A stretch of DNA of 64,000 bases, taken from contig NC_135261.1 of assembly GCF_964204865.1 (NCBI RefSeq), forward strand, positions 1,550,001-1,614,000, read 5' to 3'. How positions within the stretch are numbered: position 1 is the first letter of the stretch; every line of letters starts with the position of its first letter. Below the pieces are notes generated by a model. That model saw nothing but the letters and a program-made list of their open reading frames with translations. It was not told the DNA's origin and did not search any database. This document shows, piece after piece, positions 13,861-40,225 of this stretch. The translations under genes and the position numbers were made by a program. The DNA comes from Styela clava. Its lineage: Eukaryota.

Positions 13861-14368
13861 CAACTGCTCTAGTCATTGACACTAAGTCACTATTTATAAA
13901 AAGAATCAAACGAGATTTGATTTATCTGAATAAACCGACTGCGAGTGTTTGACACTTGTCCCGAGGTCGACTATTTCCAGACTTGACAGGGTCTATATAT
14001 GGTCAGGTTCCCCATATGATTATGCCATGTTATTGGATTTTCCCTTGTCTTGAGATACCCTAAATAGCGTATGGAAATCTATACAGACCTACAGAGTTAC
14101 CTATAGTGCAATTCCGACTACTTTGCCACGGATAGAAAGCGTTGATGCATGACAGGCCAGAATAATTGCATTCTAACATAATGGCATTTATGCTGTCAAT
14201 TCTCACTTTCTTGATTATCTGGTTAAATTATATTGAAGTACTGAGCCTCATTATTTTTCCTTTTGAATTATTGCTTCCTAACTATTGGTGAAAATTATAT
14301 AATAATATATTATTTTTGTTTCAACTAAGACAGTTTAATATTTATTTCATTCTTAATTAATAATTTAA

Positions 14369-15331
<963 letters not shown>

Positions 15332-16233
15332 GAAATTTCCAAAAATTATCTTAATTTAAAAAAGAACGTTTATTTAGTGCTCTTTGGGAAGTGGATATGA
15401 ATATTTAAATAGCAAGTTTCAAATAAAAAATAGTCAAATAATAAATTTTTGAAATATATTTTCGAATGTTACCGATTTAGAACATTTCTTTGCTTTGCAA
15501 TTTAAGAGTCGCTTGTGCTGCACACTAACACAAATGTATTTTTGTAACGTTTTGTCCGACCCAAATCAGACTTCCTCAGACAAGCAGTTTACGTGCATGG
15601 ACTTAATGGCGAAGGAAACTGTAATCACCCAACGGTTAGGTGAACCACCCCACGTCGGCGAGGTGTCAAGCAATCCTCTCGCATATAATCATCTTCGTAT
15701 GGGATTCGAAGTTCGAACCGGCATAGGGTAATCAGAGATGCGGTGGCAAGCGTATTCCCAACAGTTAGCTCGATACACCACTGAGTTGCTTCAATTCGAG
15801 TGCAGAATCATTATATGCATTCACTGTCCAATATCTCCTTATAATACGATATTTATATTTAACACGAGGGTGCTTCTTGTCTTGTTACTGGATGGGAATA
15901 GCTTACAATTGAATTTATTTCTTCCTATCTTGATGCAATTTCAACCTAATTAGGTCATGCGAGTGCAACTGAATTTCAGCGATTTTTTATTATGAGGCAT
16001 TTTATCATCTAAACTCTCTATAAGTAGCAACTGATACATAAAGGGATACTTTCTTTTGAAAGAACCGATTTTTCCTGTTTTGCATTGCCTACCCAATTAC
16101 TTACAAACTGGGTGGTGACCATGGGGATTGACAAAAGTTAGGCAATTAGAAATTGACATGTCAGAAGTTACTGGCCTGAATTTTTCCAGTACAGCATTGC
16201 CTAGCCAATTTATTACCCACTGAGTTTCTCGTC

Positions 16234-17208
16234 CACATGTTAGTGTTTAGATATGTTGTGCCTAGACTGTATTTTATTGACCTTTGACCCCTGACTTTCT
16301 CATCCGCAATCAAATTTGCTATGTAATTCAAATTTATCTTCTATTTCACATTGGTCAGGGACGTAGCCAGGAGGGTGTTTTTGGGTGTCGCCCCATTTTG
16401 AAATGTAAAAAAAATAAAAGCATCTTTTTGTATCACACAGAGCAATTCTTCGTAGATTGAAACGCTTTTTAGACCTCCATTACTCGTGAAAACACACGTT
16501 TTCCAGCGTTCGGTCGGACCCGCGAGCTGTTTCGATCTAACTTGGCAAATAGAAATTTCAGAACCCCCCCCCCCCCATGTTGTGCCTAGACTGTATTTTA
16601 TTGACCTTTGACCCCTGACTTTCTCATCCGCAATCAAATTTGCTATCTTAGTATCTAATTCAAATTTATTTTGTGTTTCACATTGGTGTTCACATGTTAG
16701 TGTTTAGATATGTTGTGCCTAGAATGTATTTTAATGACCTTTGCCCCCTGACTTTCTCATCCGCAATCAAATTTGCTATGTAATTCAAATTTATCTTGTG
16801 TTTCACATTAGTGTTCACATGTTAGTGTTTAGATATGTTGTGCCTAGAATGAATTTTAATGACCTTTGACCCCTGACTTTCTCATCTGCAATTAAATTTG
16901 CTATGTAAATCCAATTTATTTTGTGTTCCACATTGGTGTTCAAATGTTAGTGTTTAGATATGTTGTGCCTAGAATGTATTTTAATAAACTTTGACCCCTG
17001 GATTTCTCATCTGCAATCAAATTTGCTATGTGAATCAAACTTATTTTGTGTTTCACATTGGTGTTCACATGTTAGTGTTTAGATATGTTGTGCCTAGAAT
17101 GAATTTTAATGACCTTTGACCCCTGACTTTCTCATCCACAATCAATTTTGCTATTTAAATCAAATTTATTTTGTAATTCACATTGGTGTTCACATGTTAG
17201 TGTTTAGA
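16234..17208. repeat. ~125-bp tandem minisatellite (~6-7 units), interrupted at ~16356-16577 by a CAGGG-type MITE fragment
   Basis: Unit CACATGTTAGTGTTTAGATATGTTGTGCCTAG..GACCTTTGACCCCTGACTTTCTCATC.. repeats at ~125-bp spacing. Confidence 0.9.
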
Positions 17209-17897
17209 TTTGTAAAAATTTTTCATAGCAAATATCTTTAGTTTTCTGTTTGTAGTTCGAATTGAGTGCAAAATTCATTATATGCATTGTATTTATCTGT
17301 CCTAAATTGTTGTTTTGTTTCATTACCCTCTGCGTGTTCCACAACAGATTGGCTTGTTTATTTACTCTTTCCACTAACTGGGATGGCTCGGGGACTCCTC
17401 TCATTGGGCAACAAAAAAAAAATCTAATTTTAAGCTCAATAATTGTAAAAATCCAACAACAATTATTAGAGAACATGCCACTTTGTTATTAGAAAACATG
17501 CCACTTTTATTCCTTGACTAACATTTATCAATTTACGGTTTTATTCTACAAGTAATACGTACTTCGTACCTCCTAACGTAGCGTCGTATGCTATACCAAC
17601 ACCACAGTAATTGTTAGGCGCTTACAATAATAAACAGGAGGGCCATAAGAGCTTAAAGCCGCCTGACCCCATAGTAGGTTAAGAACCACTGGCATAGCAC
17701 AATGTGCCAGCTATCAAATCGACCTATTCTGAATCAGGTCTTGTCTATTTTTCATCTGATAGATATTTGTGTGCTAGTAAAACATTATATTTTATTTTTG
17801 TCAACATCATTATTTATCATTTTACTGTTCTAAGACAAAGTTTAATTTGTTTTATTTATTCTATCATAGAGGTATTATTTAGAAAAAAAATAACAGA

Positions 17898-29916
<12,019 letters not shown>

Positions 29917-30548
29917 TTTAAAAGTGGAAGCTGGAAGGAAATTGAATTTTAGCTTTCGTTATATGGGATTCTGCTGCTTTAGCATGTTGTTTCCAACCTT
30001 TTTCACAGCACTAAACCTTTAATGATCTGCCTAAAGTTTATTGTAACAAACTCTGAAGATGGCTGCACAGCTATGGAAGCTGTAATTTAAATGCTGACAG
30101 TAAATATCAATTCTTAATGAAGGACGACACTCTTCATGAAATCCCAATCCAGCTAATTCCAAAAACGTGCGGCCTAAGACCCAGCTTCCAAATAATTGAT
30201 AGCGAAATTTTAATAAAAAAAACGTAAAAGCAGGTTTGCCTGCTATCAAACTTTGCGATCAGGGTCTAAAGACATCTCTTTTTCTATGAAAAAACTTGTT
30301 TTTAATGAATTTTCGTCAGTTGTTTATGCACATTAAATAATAATGCTGACCATGGCCTATCTACTTTTGAGTTAATATAGTCGTGACCCCCAGAAAGCCA
30401 CTTTGTTGCCTTCTACAGGGCTGAAAGGCACAGTTTGAAAGTCTTTCCTAAGCGATTATAGCCCAGAAAAGACTTTTGACGTTGGAAATCCCTGAATCTC
30501 ATCGAGTACTTGATTTTTAGAAATGACCCGGAGTTGGTAAAAATTTTG

Positions 30549-30634
30549 AGACCTCCGGAAGTATGTGCACCAAGATGGTGCACAACCTGAACTCAGGTTG
30601 TGCGACACCTTGATGCACATACTTCAGGAGTACC
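30549..30634. mobile_element. MITE family A (short)
   Basis: TSD AAATTTTG. Confidence 0.7.
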
Positions 30635-31094
30635 AAATTTTGACCAATAGCATTAGTCTGCTTTACTTAACTTTTTAGGATCAAATTAACAGTCCTGCAT
30701 ACGATTGCGCATTATTTGCCAATGTTTCATAAAGAAACAAAAACTACTGACAATGATGGGAAATTGGGCTTCTCATTTTTTTCCTTGTTTTTATCTATTT
30801 GTAGAATAAATTCAATCGGTCATGCTTTTTGTGTGTGTTTAGCGAACCTAGTGTTAGGATAATAATGTGCGCAAGTATCTCTATCTATCAACGGTTTTCG
30901 ACATTTTTGAGCTTGGCAAAGATGATACAATTTACGCCCCAGGAAGACAGCTCAATCGCAAGCCATGGCCTCCCTCTCGTCCGGCTGCCAATCGTTGTCA
31001 GATATGGCATTAGTTTGCCAGTTACTCTGTTTTCAGAAGCATGGAATTAATTGGAGGAAGCTGTAAACGGCGAGGAGTCAGTCAGTCCTCTCTC

Positions 31095-31316
31095 TCACAT
31101 AATTATCAAGTGGTGGCCAGTTACTGCTTCAAGTTTCATGCAAAAGACTGACTGTCTGACTGGCAAACTGTTAATTAACATAAACTTGCTAAACTGACAA
31201 AAGGTCACATAATTATCAAGTGGTGGCCAGTTACTGCTTCAAGTTTCATGCAAAAGACTGACTGTCTGACTGGCAAACTGTTAATTAACATAAACTTGCT
31301 AAACTGACAAAAGGTC
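31095..31316. repeat. Perfect ~110-bp tandem duplication
   Basis: TCACATAATTATCAAGTGGTGGCC...CTGACAAAAGG occurs twice head to tail. Confidence 0.9.
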
Positions 31317-32161
31317 GCGATTTGCTACGTGATTGAGCCGTCCTATAATTTTTACTCCCTCAGATAAAAATTGAACTATGAAGAACATATACATATATAT
31401 ATATGGTTTCCTTATTTCCTATAAGGTATATTATTCAATCATTTTATTTTGGTCACTCTGACATGAAACAAAACAACAACAAACGGACAAATAAATAAAA
31501 TGCAGTGATACCAGGAAAACCAGTATAAAACTTTGAACGAAGTTAAAAGTGTAAGAGTTACGCTCTCGTCCAACAAAGACAGTTACAGCACACGATGAAA
31601 TAAAAATATAAGACCCTTTTACCGTGTTGACCCGAAAATAAGATAGTCAATAACACAAATTTTTTTTTACCTAATCGATAGCAAGAAATCTCTCCCATAC
31701 GTTTTAAATGATTAATCTAAACCGTGTCATTTTAAGTAAATGGATATCGGTTTTTATATTTGAAAATCTCCAAAACATTGTACCCTTCAATTTTGTTTTT
31801 GATAAATATAAGTACAAGACATCCCCCGAAAATGAACCCTAGTGTTATTTTTCGAAAGAAAATTGAAATAAGACACTGTCTTACGGTAGTAGGTTTCAAC
31901 ACTTGTATCACAGACTGTAGCACGACTCAGTAACAGTCTTTCTTGTGAATGTGAGTGGGTTTATGAAGTTTTTTAATACTTCCATCTCACAATAAATATT
32001 CTCCTAATTTCAAACCAGGTTGGCATCAACACGACCTATTTTGAGTTGCTTCAACAAGCTTATGGCGGATAGATGAGCCTAGTCGAGCCTTTCTGCTAAT
32101 ATACCTCCAGTCACATCGAGTATTTGACTCGAATCCTAGTCGAGTCCACCCAGCACTACAG

Positions 32162-35100
32162 TCATGAATTTGTGTCATTTGGTATTCGTTCTACAATCCA
32201 ATTTCTAAGCATCAATAACTCTTTGAAACCAATCTCATGAAAATATTTAAACTTATGAAATTGACCTTTAACCCCCAAGGAAGTTAATTTTTGAAATGTT
32301 TTCTTTCCCCACTCAAACAATACAAGAGGATCTTTAGTTCCATGAGCCATGAATAGTTCTGGCATGGAGTTTTCAGTTTTTTGATGTTCTATTATTGAAT
32401 CATAGACAGTAGATTCAGCACTGAGAAATGATGACAGAGCAAATACTCCTCCAAGATCCAAATGATTTCGAAAACCAAGATGAAGCGCCATTGAACCTCC
32501 CATTGAGAATCCTCCAACAAGGATGCGAGATGGAGGTATTCCAGCCTTCACCTCTGCCTGAAAAATAAAACTTAACAGATCTTGGCACTGATTTTGTATT
32601 TATACCAGTGGTATAGAAAAATGACTCGTATTGTAAAACACGAACTCTCACCTGATTGCCAGTCCGTGTTTGGTATGGTAAGAATAATTCCCAAATTTAC
32701 TGCTTTAATTAGGACTTAGCCTTATACAAGATACAAGTATTTCAAACTTCACAGTTCACACTAAGTGTTAGTAACCCGCTTGACATTGACCCAATGATCA
32801 GTCTGTATTCTGGTATTTGAGTTCTGGAGCTGTGGATAGGATAGGAGGATAGGATTTACATATTTATCCCGGGGGAGAGGAAAGCCGATAATACGGCTTA
32901 TCCATATGGCGAACCACGGCCTCTCGTCCGGTTACCATTCCAAGTCGGGTATGGGATTAGTTTTACTGTATTGTTTGTTTACGGAAGCATGGACTTGGTG
33001 GTGGAGGAAGACGTAACCGACCAGCGGTTACGTGAACCACCCAACGACGGCGAGGAGTCCAGCAATCCTCTCGCACATAACCATCCCTGCGAACCCACGC
33101 AGAGTAATCAGAGGTGCGGTGGCGAGCGTATTCCTAACGCTTAGCCCGTTGAGCCACACCGCCGCGCCATGTGTTTTCGAACCTATGGGTCGCAAGCCAA
33201 AACTGGGTCGTAATATTTTAGCATGTTTTTGGGTCGCTTGAAAAAATGGTTAGAACCACCGTGCTAGAGGATTCCTGTACTCCTCACCATTGCAAAGTGG
33301 TTCATTGAATCGCTGAGCAGATATGGCTTCTCCCATAGAAAATCACGAGTTAACTCTGCTCATACCTGACACGCCAATTATTAAATTTAACCTCTATAAA
33401 TGATAGTCTTTATTCTATACATTCAAGGGATTCTGCACTAAACTAGAGGCAAATGGGTTGGATATGTCATTTCAGTAGTGTGAGATTTTTTAGGGAGTTT
33501 TTCAATAAAATTGAAAATACGAATTGAAAAAAATATGAAAGAGCCACTGCAATTATTGAAAATAATACCTGAATCAGTTTGTCCGACATTTCATCCACAG
33601 ATTTTGCAATTTCAGGAGTATCGTAAGATATTTTGTGGCGGTCGAACCAAACGTTACTGATTCTACCGTTCATTGGGGTATATGGCTGAGGTGGTGCTGT
33701 TGGATATATAACCTAAAATTTTTTAGACTGTTTCAATTTATGTTAGAAACAGGGGCGATAATTAAATAATGAAGTAATTCTGAAACGGCTAGCGAAGCCG
33801 GAAAATGTGGGTTTCAAGAGTTTCGAGGTTAGTCTCTAATCCCAGAGTTTTTATTTTATTTTAATAAAAACATCACTTTTTATACACATGATAACACATA
33901 AATACTATTGCACTTAAAAAAATGAGTTTATGATAACTTTCCACTATTTATGTGGATCGACAGTTTACATTTTCTAGTTGCAACACTTTTTTCACAGTTG
34001 TACACACTTTTTATCATATATAAAATTGGTCTAATCCCAGAGTTACGGATCAGGTCGCGCAAAGGTCAACAGAATCTGCAGTTGAGCATTCCCAACACTG
34101 CCCTGAACCACCTCTTGTCTCAGAGAACGCACTATATTTTTTGATACAATTTATCTTGTTTAAATTCATTTTTTCATCAAACTTCGCTAGGCACGTCAAG
34201 TCCGTGCTTCCGAAAACACCTGGCTAATTAATCCCATACCCGGCCTGGACTGGTAACCGGACGAGAGGCCGTTGTTCGCCATATGGTTAAGCCATCTTAT
34301 CGCCCTTTCTCTCTCCTGGAATAAATATGTAAATCCTATCCTATCCACGTACGACTTCATTAATTTAGATTCTCTGACAGCAATGCATTTATTCTTTAAA
34401 CACAGCAAATAAAATACCTGTCAGAATCCAATGAAAATTAAAAAAACATCTCAGGGGGCAAAAAGATAAAAAAAAGTTTGTGAACCGCTGCCTTTTTAGC
34501 CTCACCCACCTTAATATGGTTGAAATTAAATCCTTGTTTATCTCCTGTACCATCGAAGCAGTCAGCAATCCAGCTCTGAATACCGACCCCTGTGTCCCCA
34601 GATCCGTGAAGAAATATTAATGATGCTGTGTGCCGACCTGAAAATTAAAAGCATATATGTTATTTACAGATTTAGAAGACATATAGAATTTGCATTCATT
34701 CATGTAGACCAGTGTTTCTCAACCTATGGGTCAAGACCCCAAAGTGGGCCGCACTTTTTTCGACAAAAATATTGTCTAAAAATATTTATTGTTTATTATA
34801 TATTTAATAATGTAGCGTTGCTCAATAATGATTTTGGTATGTGGGAGCATCTCCTTAAATCAGGGGTTCTCAACCCTTTTTCTGTCACGTACAAGACCCC
34901 CCCCCCCCAAGTCACGAAACAATCAACGCGAACCCCCGTAATCGGGCATCGAGCAAAGTTGTGACATATTGACTAACAATCTGTTGCAACAACAATTTAT
35001 TGACCATAATGTAAGTATGTAACTAAATTTAATCTTCGCTTTGATATTATTGCCCTTCATCTGCCTAACTGATGAATTCGTAAAAATCTTTCCCAAGTTT

Positions 35101-36146
35101 CAATAAGCATAATCGCTTTCTCGAATGCTCGCAGCACACTGCCTTAGAAATTTCAGTTTGCATGCAAATTTCACATTGTTGCGTCACAATCACAACAAAG
35201 CAAGATCAATGAAAATCTACGTCAATTGGCACGCATTTTTCTCTGGTAGCAATTAAGGATATTAAAAACAGCAACACACAAAAACTCGATTGCCTTCCAA
35301 GTACCTAAGGGGGTTCGTGAATCCCTGGCTTAAATATATAAACCGCCATTCCAAAAACTCACTGATGGAAAACAACTATCAACTCTGAATTACGGTAATT
35401 TCTGTTGGGATAAATATTATGTAAAAATGACTGGTTTGTTGTTGCCATTTAATTTTGCAGCCATAAACAGACCATCAATGGGTCCCAGGATTTTTTGGCC
35501 ACTGACCCACTGTTGTAACTCACTTATCATTTTTAACCCACATAATATTTAGGCGCGGCGGTGTGGCTCAACGGGCTGAGTGTAAGGAATACTCTCGCCA
35601 CCGCACCTCTAATTACTCTGCGTTGGTTCGAATCCCATGCAGGGATGGTTATGTGCAAGAGGATTGCTGGACTCCTCGCTGTCGTTGGGTGGTTCACGTA
35701 ACCGCTGGTCGGTTACGGCTTCCTTCACCACCAAGTCCATGCTTCCGAAAACAAACAGTATAACTAATCCCATACCCGACTTGGAATGGTAACCGGACGA
35801 GAGGCCGTGGTTCGCCATATGGATAAGCCGTCTTATCGGCTTTCCTCTCCCCCGGGATAAATATGTAAATCCTATCCTATCATTTGCTCCAAATTCATTA
35901 GCGGAAGAAATTGTTACTGACTAGCAGATATTATTGGCTCCACAATATAAATCTATTTTTCTACAGTATAAATGCAGCGGACGAGTTGGATTCTTGGACC
36001 CAATTATGTTGGAGCGGGTTACCAATCTGATAATCTGCCCACCACTTAAACTAGGGTGTAATAGATAGATAAAGTGCTGTTCGGAGTGAAAGCCAAATAA
36101 AAAAAAAATTCTTACCTGCAGGCATCACAATAGTCCTGTGCAGCAT
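32162..36146 (-). CDS. LYPLAL1: Lysophospholipase-like protein 1 (alpha/beta hydrolase), 4 coding exons, 232 aa
   Basis: Exons 36146-36116, 34637-34510, 33712-33569, 32557-32162. [39 protein letters not shown], catalytic GFSMGG / HGTKDPLV / FHE. Confidence 0.93.
32836..33168 (-). mobile_element. tRNA-derived SINE
   Basis: Reverse complement of the 36546 copy; (ATCCT)n tail. Confidence 0.8.
35552..35881 (+). mobile_element. tRNA-derived SINE
   Basis: A box TGGCTCAACGG, B box GGTTCGAATCC, shared body, (ATCCT)n tail. Confidence 0.85.
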
Positions 36147-36273
36147 TTCTGTAGGAATCCAACACAACTTGTTATGAGAAGTAATTAAACCATTACAGCT
36201 TCACTTTGCACTAATACCTCTAGTAAAAATTTAATGTAAATGGTAAGTTTTTAGAATAATAGAAAGGTTAGAA

Positions 36274-36383
36274 GGTACTTCCTAAGTATGCGCACCAAGA
36301 TGTCACACAACCTGAACCCTAACCTGGTACACAACCTGAGTTCAGGTTGTGCGCCATCTTGGTGCGCATACTTCAGGAGGTCC
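36274..36383. mobile_element. MITE family A
   Basis: TSD GGTTAGAA/GGTTAAAA. Confidence 0.7.
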
Positions 36384-36545
36384 GGTTAAAATTGTTGTGA
36401 TTACCACCAAGATCATGAGTTGGATTTGTTTACCAGACTGGAATATTTACAGTCTCTTATACAGTGGTTCTCAACCTTTTTCCTTTCATGGCCCACTTTT
36501 GTTGCACAAATATAAAACACGGCGTGGCACGGCGGTGTGGCTCAA

Positions 36546-36891
36546 GGCGCGGCGGTGTGGCTCAACGGGCTAAGCGTTAGGAATACGCTCGCCACCGCAC
36601 CTCTAATTACTCTGCGTGGGTTCGCAGGTTCGAATCCCATGCAGGGATGGTTATGTGCGAGAGGATTGCTGGACTCCTCGCCGTCGTTGGGTGGTTCACG
36701 TAACCGCTGGTCGGTTACGGCTTCCTCCACCACCAAGTCCATGCTTCCGAAAACAAATAATACAGTAAAACTAATCCCATACCCGACTTGGAAAGGTAAC
36801 CGGACGAGAGGCCGTGGTTCGCCATATGAATAAGCTGTCTTATCGGCTTTCCTCTCCCCCGGGATAAATATGTAAATCCTATCCTATCCTA
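36546..36891 (+). mobile_element. tRNA-derived SINE (~345 bp, apparently full length)
   Basis: Pol III A and B boxes, conserved body, ATAAATATGTAAATCCTATCCTAT tail. Degraded or partial copies at ~7636, 9440, 12368, 15575, 30960 and 34196. Confidence 0.85.
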
Positions 36892-37738
36892 CTTCCACTT
36901 TAAAATAGGAAGAAAATCCCCACACTGTAGGAAAATCAAATTTATCAATAACTCTAGCAATTTTTAATAGGTTTGTGGGCCAGTGCTCTAATATATTTTG
37001 AAATGATCTTTTTGAGTATTAAGGTTTGGGGAGATCTTATCAAACAGTTTTTCGCCATTCCAAGATTAACAGGGTGGAAAGGATCTTCATATGATCACAG
37101 GTGGATCTTCAGTTGAATTATATCATAAATTGAAATTACGCTAAACAAGGAAATTTGCGCACAAATAACACAGGGCTGTTGAATTTAGTAAGTTTTCATT
37201 GAAGCAGTTTTTCAAAAACCACAGAGTAGAAATCTCAGACTTTTAATGGTGATAATCAAACCAAAAATTGTCGATATTAACTGAGAATTAATGCCACTAA
37301 CAATCCTAGAGATTTTAGAGTTTTCATTTTCATCAATTCAACGTTAATTAGGTATGTTTCATGCTCAACAGCCCAGGTTTGTAGAGATTGAAAATAAAAG
37401 TAAAAATTTTGAAGGTAGTAGAGGGTAGGAGGTAGTTCGAAGTCAGAGGTTAAATAAGAAAATAATCAGATGTCAAAAACGCCACACACAAAATTTTCTA
37501 ATGAAAATATGTTCTAAATAAAATAAAAAATGTACTATATCGATTATAAGCAGAAGTATCTGAACCGCAAGAAAAGGTTATCAGTATGGCTGGGAATGGT
37601 TAACCGATTTCAGATCGTTCACGGTTATGATTTATTTTAATCATTAACTGGCATCCCGGGTACAAATCATATTTATAATGTACAATTTTTTCAAAAATGA
37701 TCCCCTGATCATTATCCCCTGAGACAAATATGAAAATC

Positions 37739-38908
37739 TTATTCTACTTTTTTCAGTTTGATAGGTTTGAAAATTATTCCTTCCTTTATAACATTCAATA
37801 GATTCATTCCACTTTGAGAGTTCCCAAATTTGACTTCACTTTTCACAGACTTTGTACTAGAAATTATGGAAGAAGGGCTCGCGTTATTTATTCCACTTTG
37901 AGCACTTTTCACAGACTTTGTACTAGAAATTATAGAAGAAGTGCTCGCGTTATTTCCATCTTTTCTTTTTGATCCATGTTCAGACTGCATATGGCGGTCC
38001 AAATAATCTTTATATATATAACTTTCATTACAAATTTCGCATCGAATTTGTTTTCTTGAATGACAGTTTTTGTGCATGTTCAAGGCTGGTTTAGTTTTAA
38101 AATCTGCCCCACATATTTCACATGGATATGGTCTTATGTTGCTGTGACAGACCATATGATTATTGAAGTTTATTCTACGACAAAATGAGATTCCACATGT
38201 TAAACAAGTATGATTTTCCAGGTTTTTTGGGCGATTCAAAACATGTCTTTTCAAAGTTGCCTTTAGAGAAAACTCCATTCCACATAGTTCACATTTGTAT
38301 GGTGCTTCGTGATTAGCAATATGATTACGTAATTTATATCGATACCTGAAGCTTTTCCCACATAATTCACATGAAAACGGTTTTTCATTTGTATGTATTT
38401 TCAAATGATATCTCAACCGCCAAGCACCTTCGAAACATTTCTTGCAAAATTCACATTTAAATGGTTTTGTGTGGATACGTTGATGGGAATCCAAAGCTCG
38501 CTGGTTTACGGACACTTCTCCGCAAATCTTGCAGACAAAGCGACTATCATTGTCATTACTTGCTATTTCGTGACGTCTTGGTTGACTTTTACGTTTTATT
38601 CTTCTTGTGTTTTTTACTCTTTTATTTCCGAAGATTTTTTCAGTTTCATCGACATTTTTCACAATGTCTGCCAATGAATTGCTGTAATGCCTTTCATATA
38701 TACTTCTTTTCATCGTAGGATGTTTCAAAGTTTTTTCAGTTTCATTGACATTTTTCACAATTTCAGAAGAGTGTTCATCCTGCACATTGTCCAGACCTTC
38801 TAGTGATTCAGTTTCTACTTTTGCCTTCTCGAATAATTTTATACTATTCGAAGCGTTTATGGATGTTTCAGTAACCCATCCCTGATCAGTATCTTGTTCA
38901 GAGGAAAA
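37739..38908 (-). CDS. C2H2 zinc-finger protein (7 fingers, one degenerate); terminal coding exon, true start uncertain
   Basis: CxxC..HxxxH arrays with HTNEKPF and HSNIRPY linkers; finger 4 ends HVLNR. The frame stays open upstream of the track's GTG start to ~38908. Confidence 0.8.
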   Translation of the reverse strand, partial: FSSEQDTDQGWVTETSINASNSIKLFEKAKVETESLEGLDNVQDEHSSEIVKNVNETEKTLKHPTMKRSIYERHYSNSLADIVKNVDETEKIFGNKRVKNTRRIKRKSQPRRHEIASNDNDSRFVCKICGEVSVNQRALDSHQRIHTKPFKCEFCKKCFEGAWRLRYHLKIHTNEKPFSCELCGKSFRYRYKLRNHIANHEAPYKCELCGMEFSLKATLKRHVLNRPKNLENHTCLTCGISFCRRINFNNHMVCHSNIRPYPCEICGADFKTKPALNMHKNCHSRKQIRCEICNESYIYKDYLDRHMQSEHGSKRKDGNNASTSSIISSTKSVKSAQSGINNASPSSIISSTKSVKSEVKFGNSQSGMNLLNVIKEGIIFKPIKLKKVE

Positions 38909-39142
38909 CTATCATCAACTAGACAAGCATTTAAAAAAATGTATTGCACATGCAACCTTTCGAATGATTTGAGAAATAATAGCCTAGTGCTGTAGTGAAA
39001 AACAAGGATGTGTACCGTAACCCTTGTGGGCTGTGGGTTACTGGTTTGCCATCTCATAAGGGCTGAAGTGATTTCACGATACCCATGTGTAAAAACGCAG
39101 ATTCGCATCTAGTAGTAGCACATCGTCATTAATATTGTAGCT

Positions 39143-39459
39143 GCGGATCAACGGGCTAAGCGTTAGAAATACGCTCGCCACCGCACCTCTAATTACTCTG
39201 CGTGGGTTCGCAGGTTCGAATCCCATGCAGGGATGGTTATGTGCGAGAGGACTCCTCGCCGTCATTGGGTGGTTCACGTAACCGGTGGTCGGTTACGGCT
39301 TCCTCCACCACCAAGTCCATGCTTCCGAAACAATATAACTAATCCCATACCCGACTTGGAATGGTAACCGGACGAGAGGCCGTGGTTCGCCATATGGATA
39401 AGCCGTCTTATCGGCTTTCCTCTCTCTCAGGATAAATATGTAAATCCTATCCCTATCCT
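39143..39459 (+). mobile_element. tRNA-derived SINE, slightly 5' truncated
   Basis: Near-identical to the 36546 copy. Confidence 0.8.
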
Positions 39460-40150
39460 GCATGTCGTAGCTAATACAGTACGCCTTAATACTTATCGAT
39501 CTAGCGACGTGTATCCTTCGCTCTAACTCAATAGCGACACCGCGTGTCCATCACTAATTATTCAATAACTCGCTAATTATACGATATTATTCATCCAAAA
39601 TCAATAGGCTTCTGGTCCGAGATATGATGAATGCACATGCAAAGAGCAGATGCAACCTCGCTTCCGTGAGATATCGCGTGTATCTAACAGACAAATACCT
39701 ACCAATCAAGATCGATAAGTAATGATTCAAACATTCAACAAGAATATCGGTCAGAGACCGAAGACTTATCGATCGAAAGTTAGGGGATCCACCAAAACAG
39801 CGCTCTTACTCCATAGTGCAGTGACACCTTGTGTCTCATCACTGATTAATTAATAACACGCTAATTATACGACATAATTCGCCCAAAATCAATAGGCTAC
39901 TGGTCCGAGATATGATGAATGCACATGCAAAATCTGGAGCATATTCAATCTCGCTTTCGTGAGATATCGCGTGCATCTAACAGACAGAAAAATACCTATC
40001 AACATACTTACCGATCAAGATCGATAAGTCTCCAGGTATGGAACATTTTATTGAAATGTATCACCAGTAAAAATAATTCTTGCTAAATAAGGTCATATAA
40101 TAATGAATAGCATAGTTAAAAAGAGAAATCACAAACGGAATTGATAAATA

Positions 40151-40225
40151 GGTGCTCCTGAAGTATGTGTACCAGGTTAGGTTTCAGGTTGTGCCCCATT
40201 TTGGTGCACATACTTCGGGAGCTCT
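40151..40225. mobile_element. MITE family A (short)
   Basis: TSD GATAAATA. Confidence 0.7.

Noticed and set aside
36546-36650. Functional tRNA gene
   Set aside because: A and B boxes are present, but I could not fold a cloverleaf, and the head is always attached to the same SINE body and tail.
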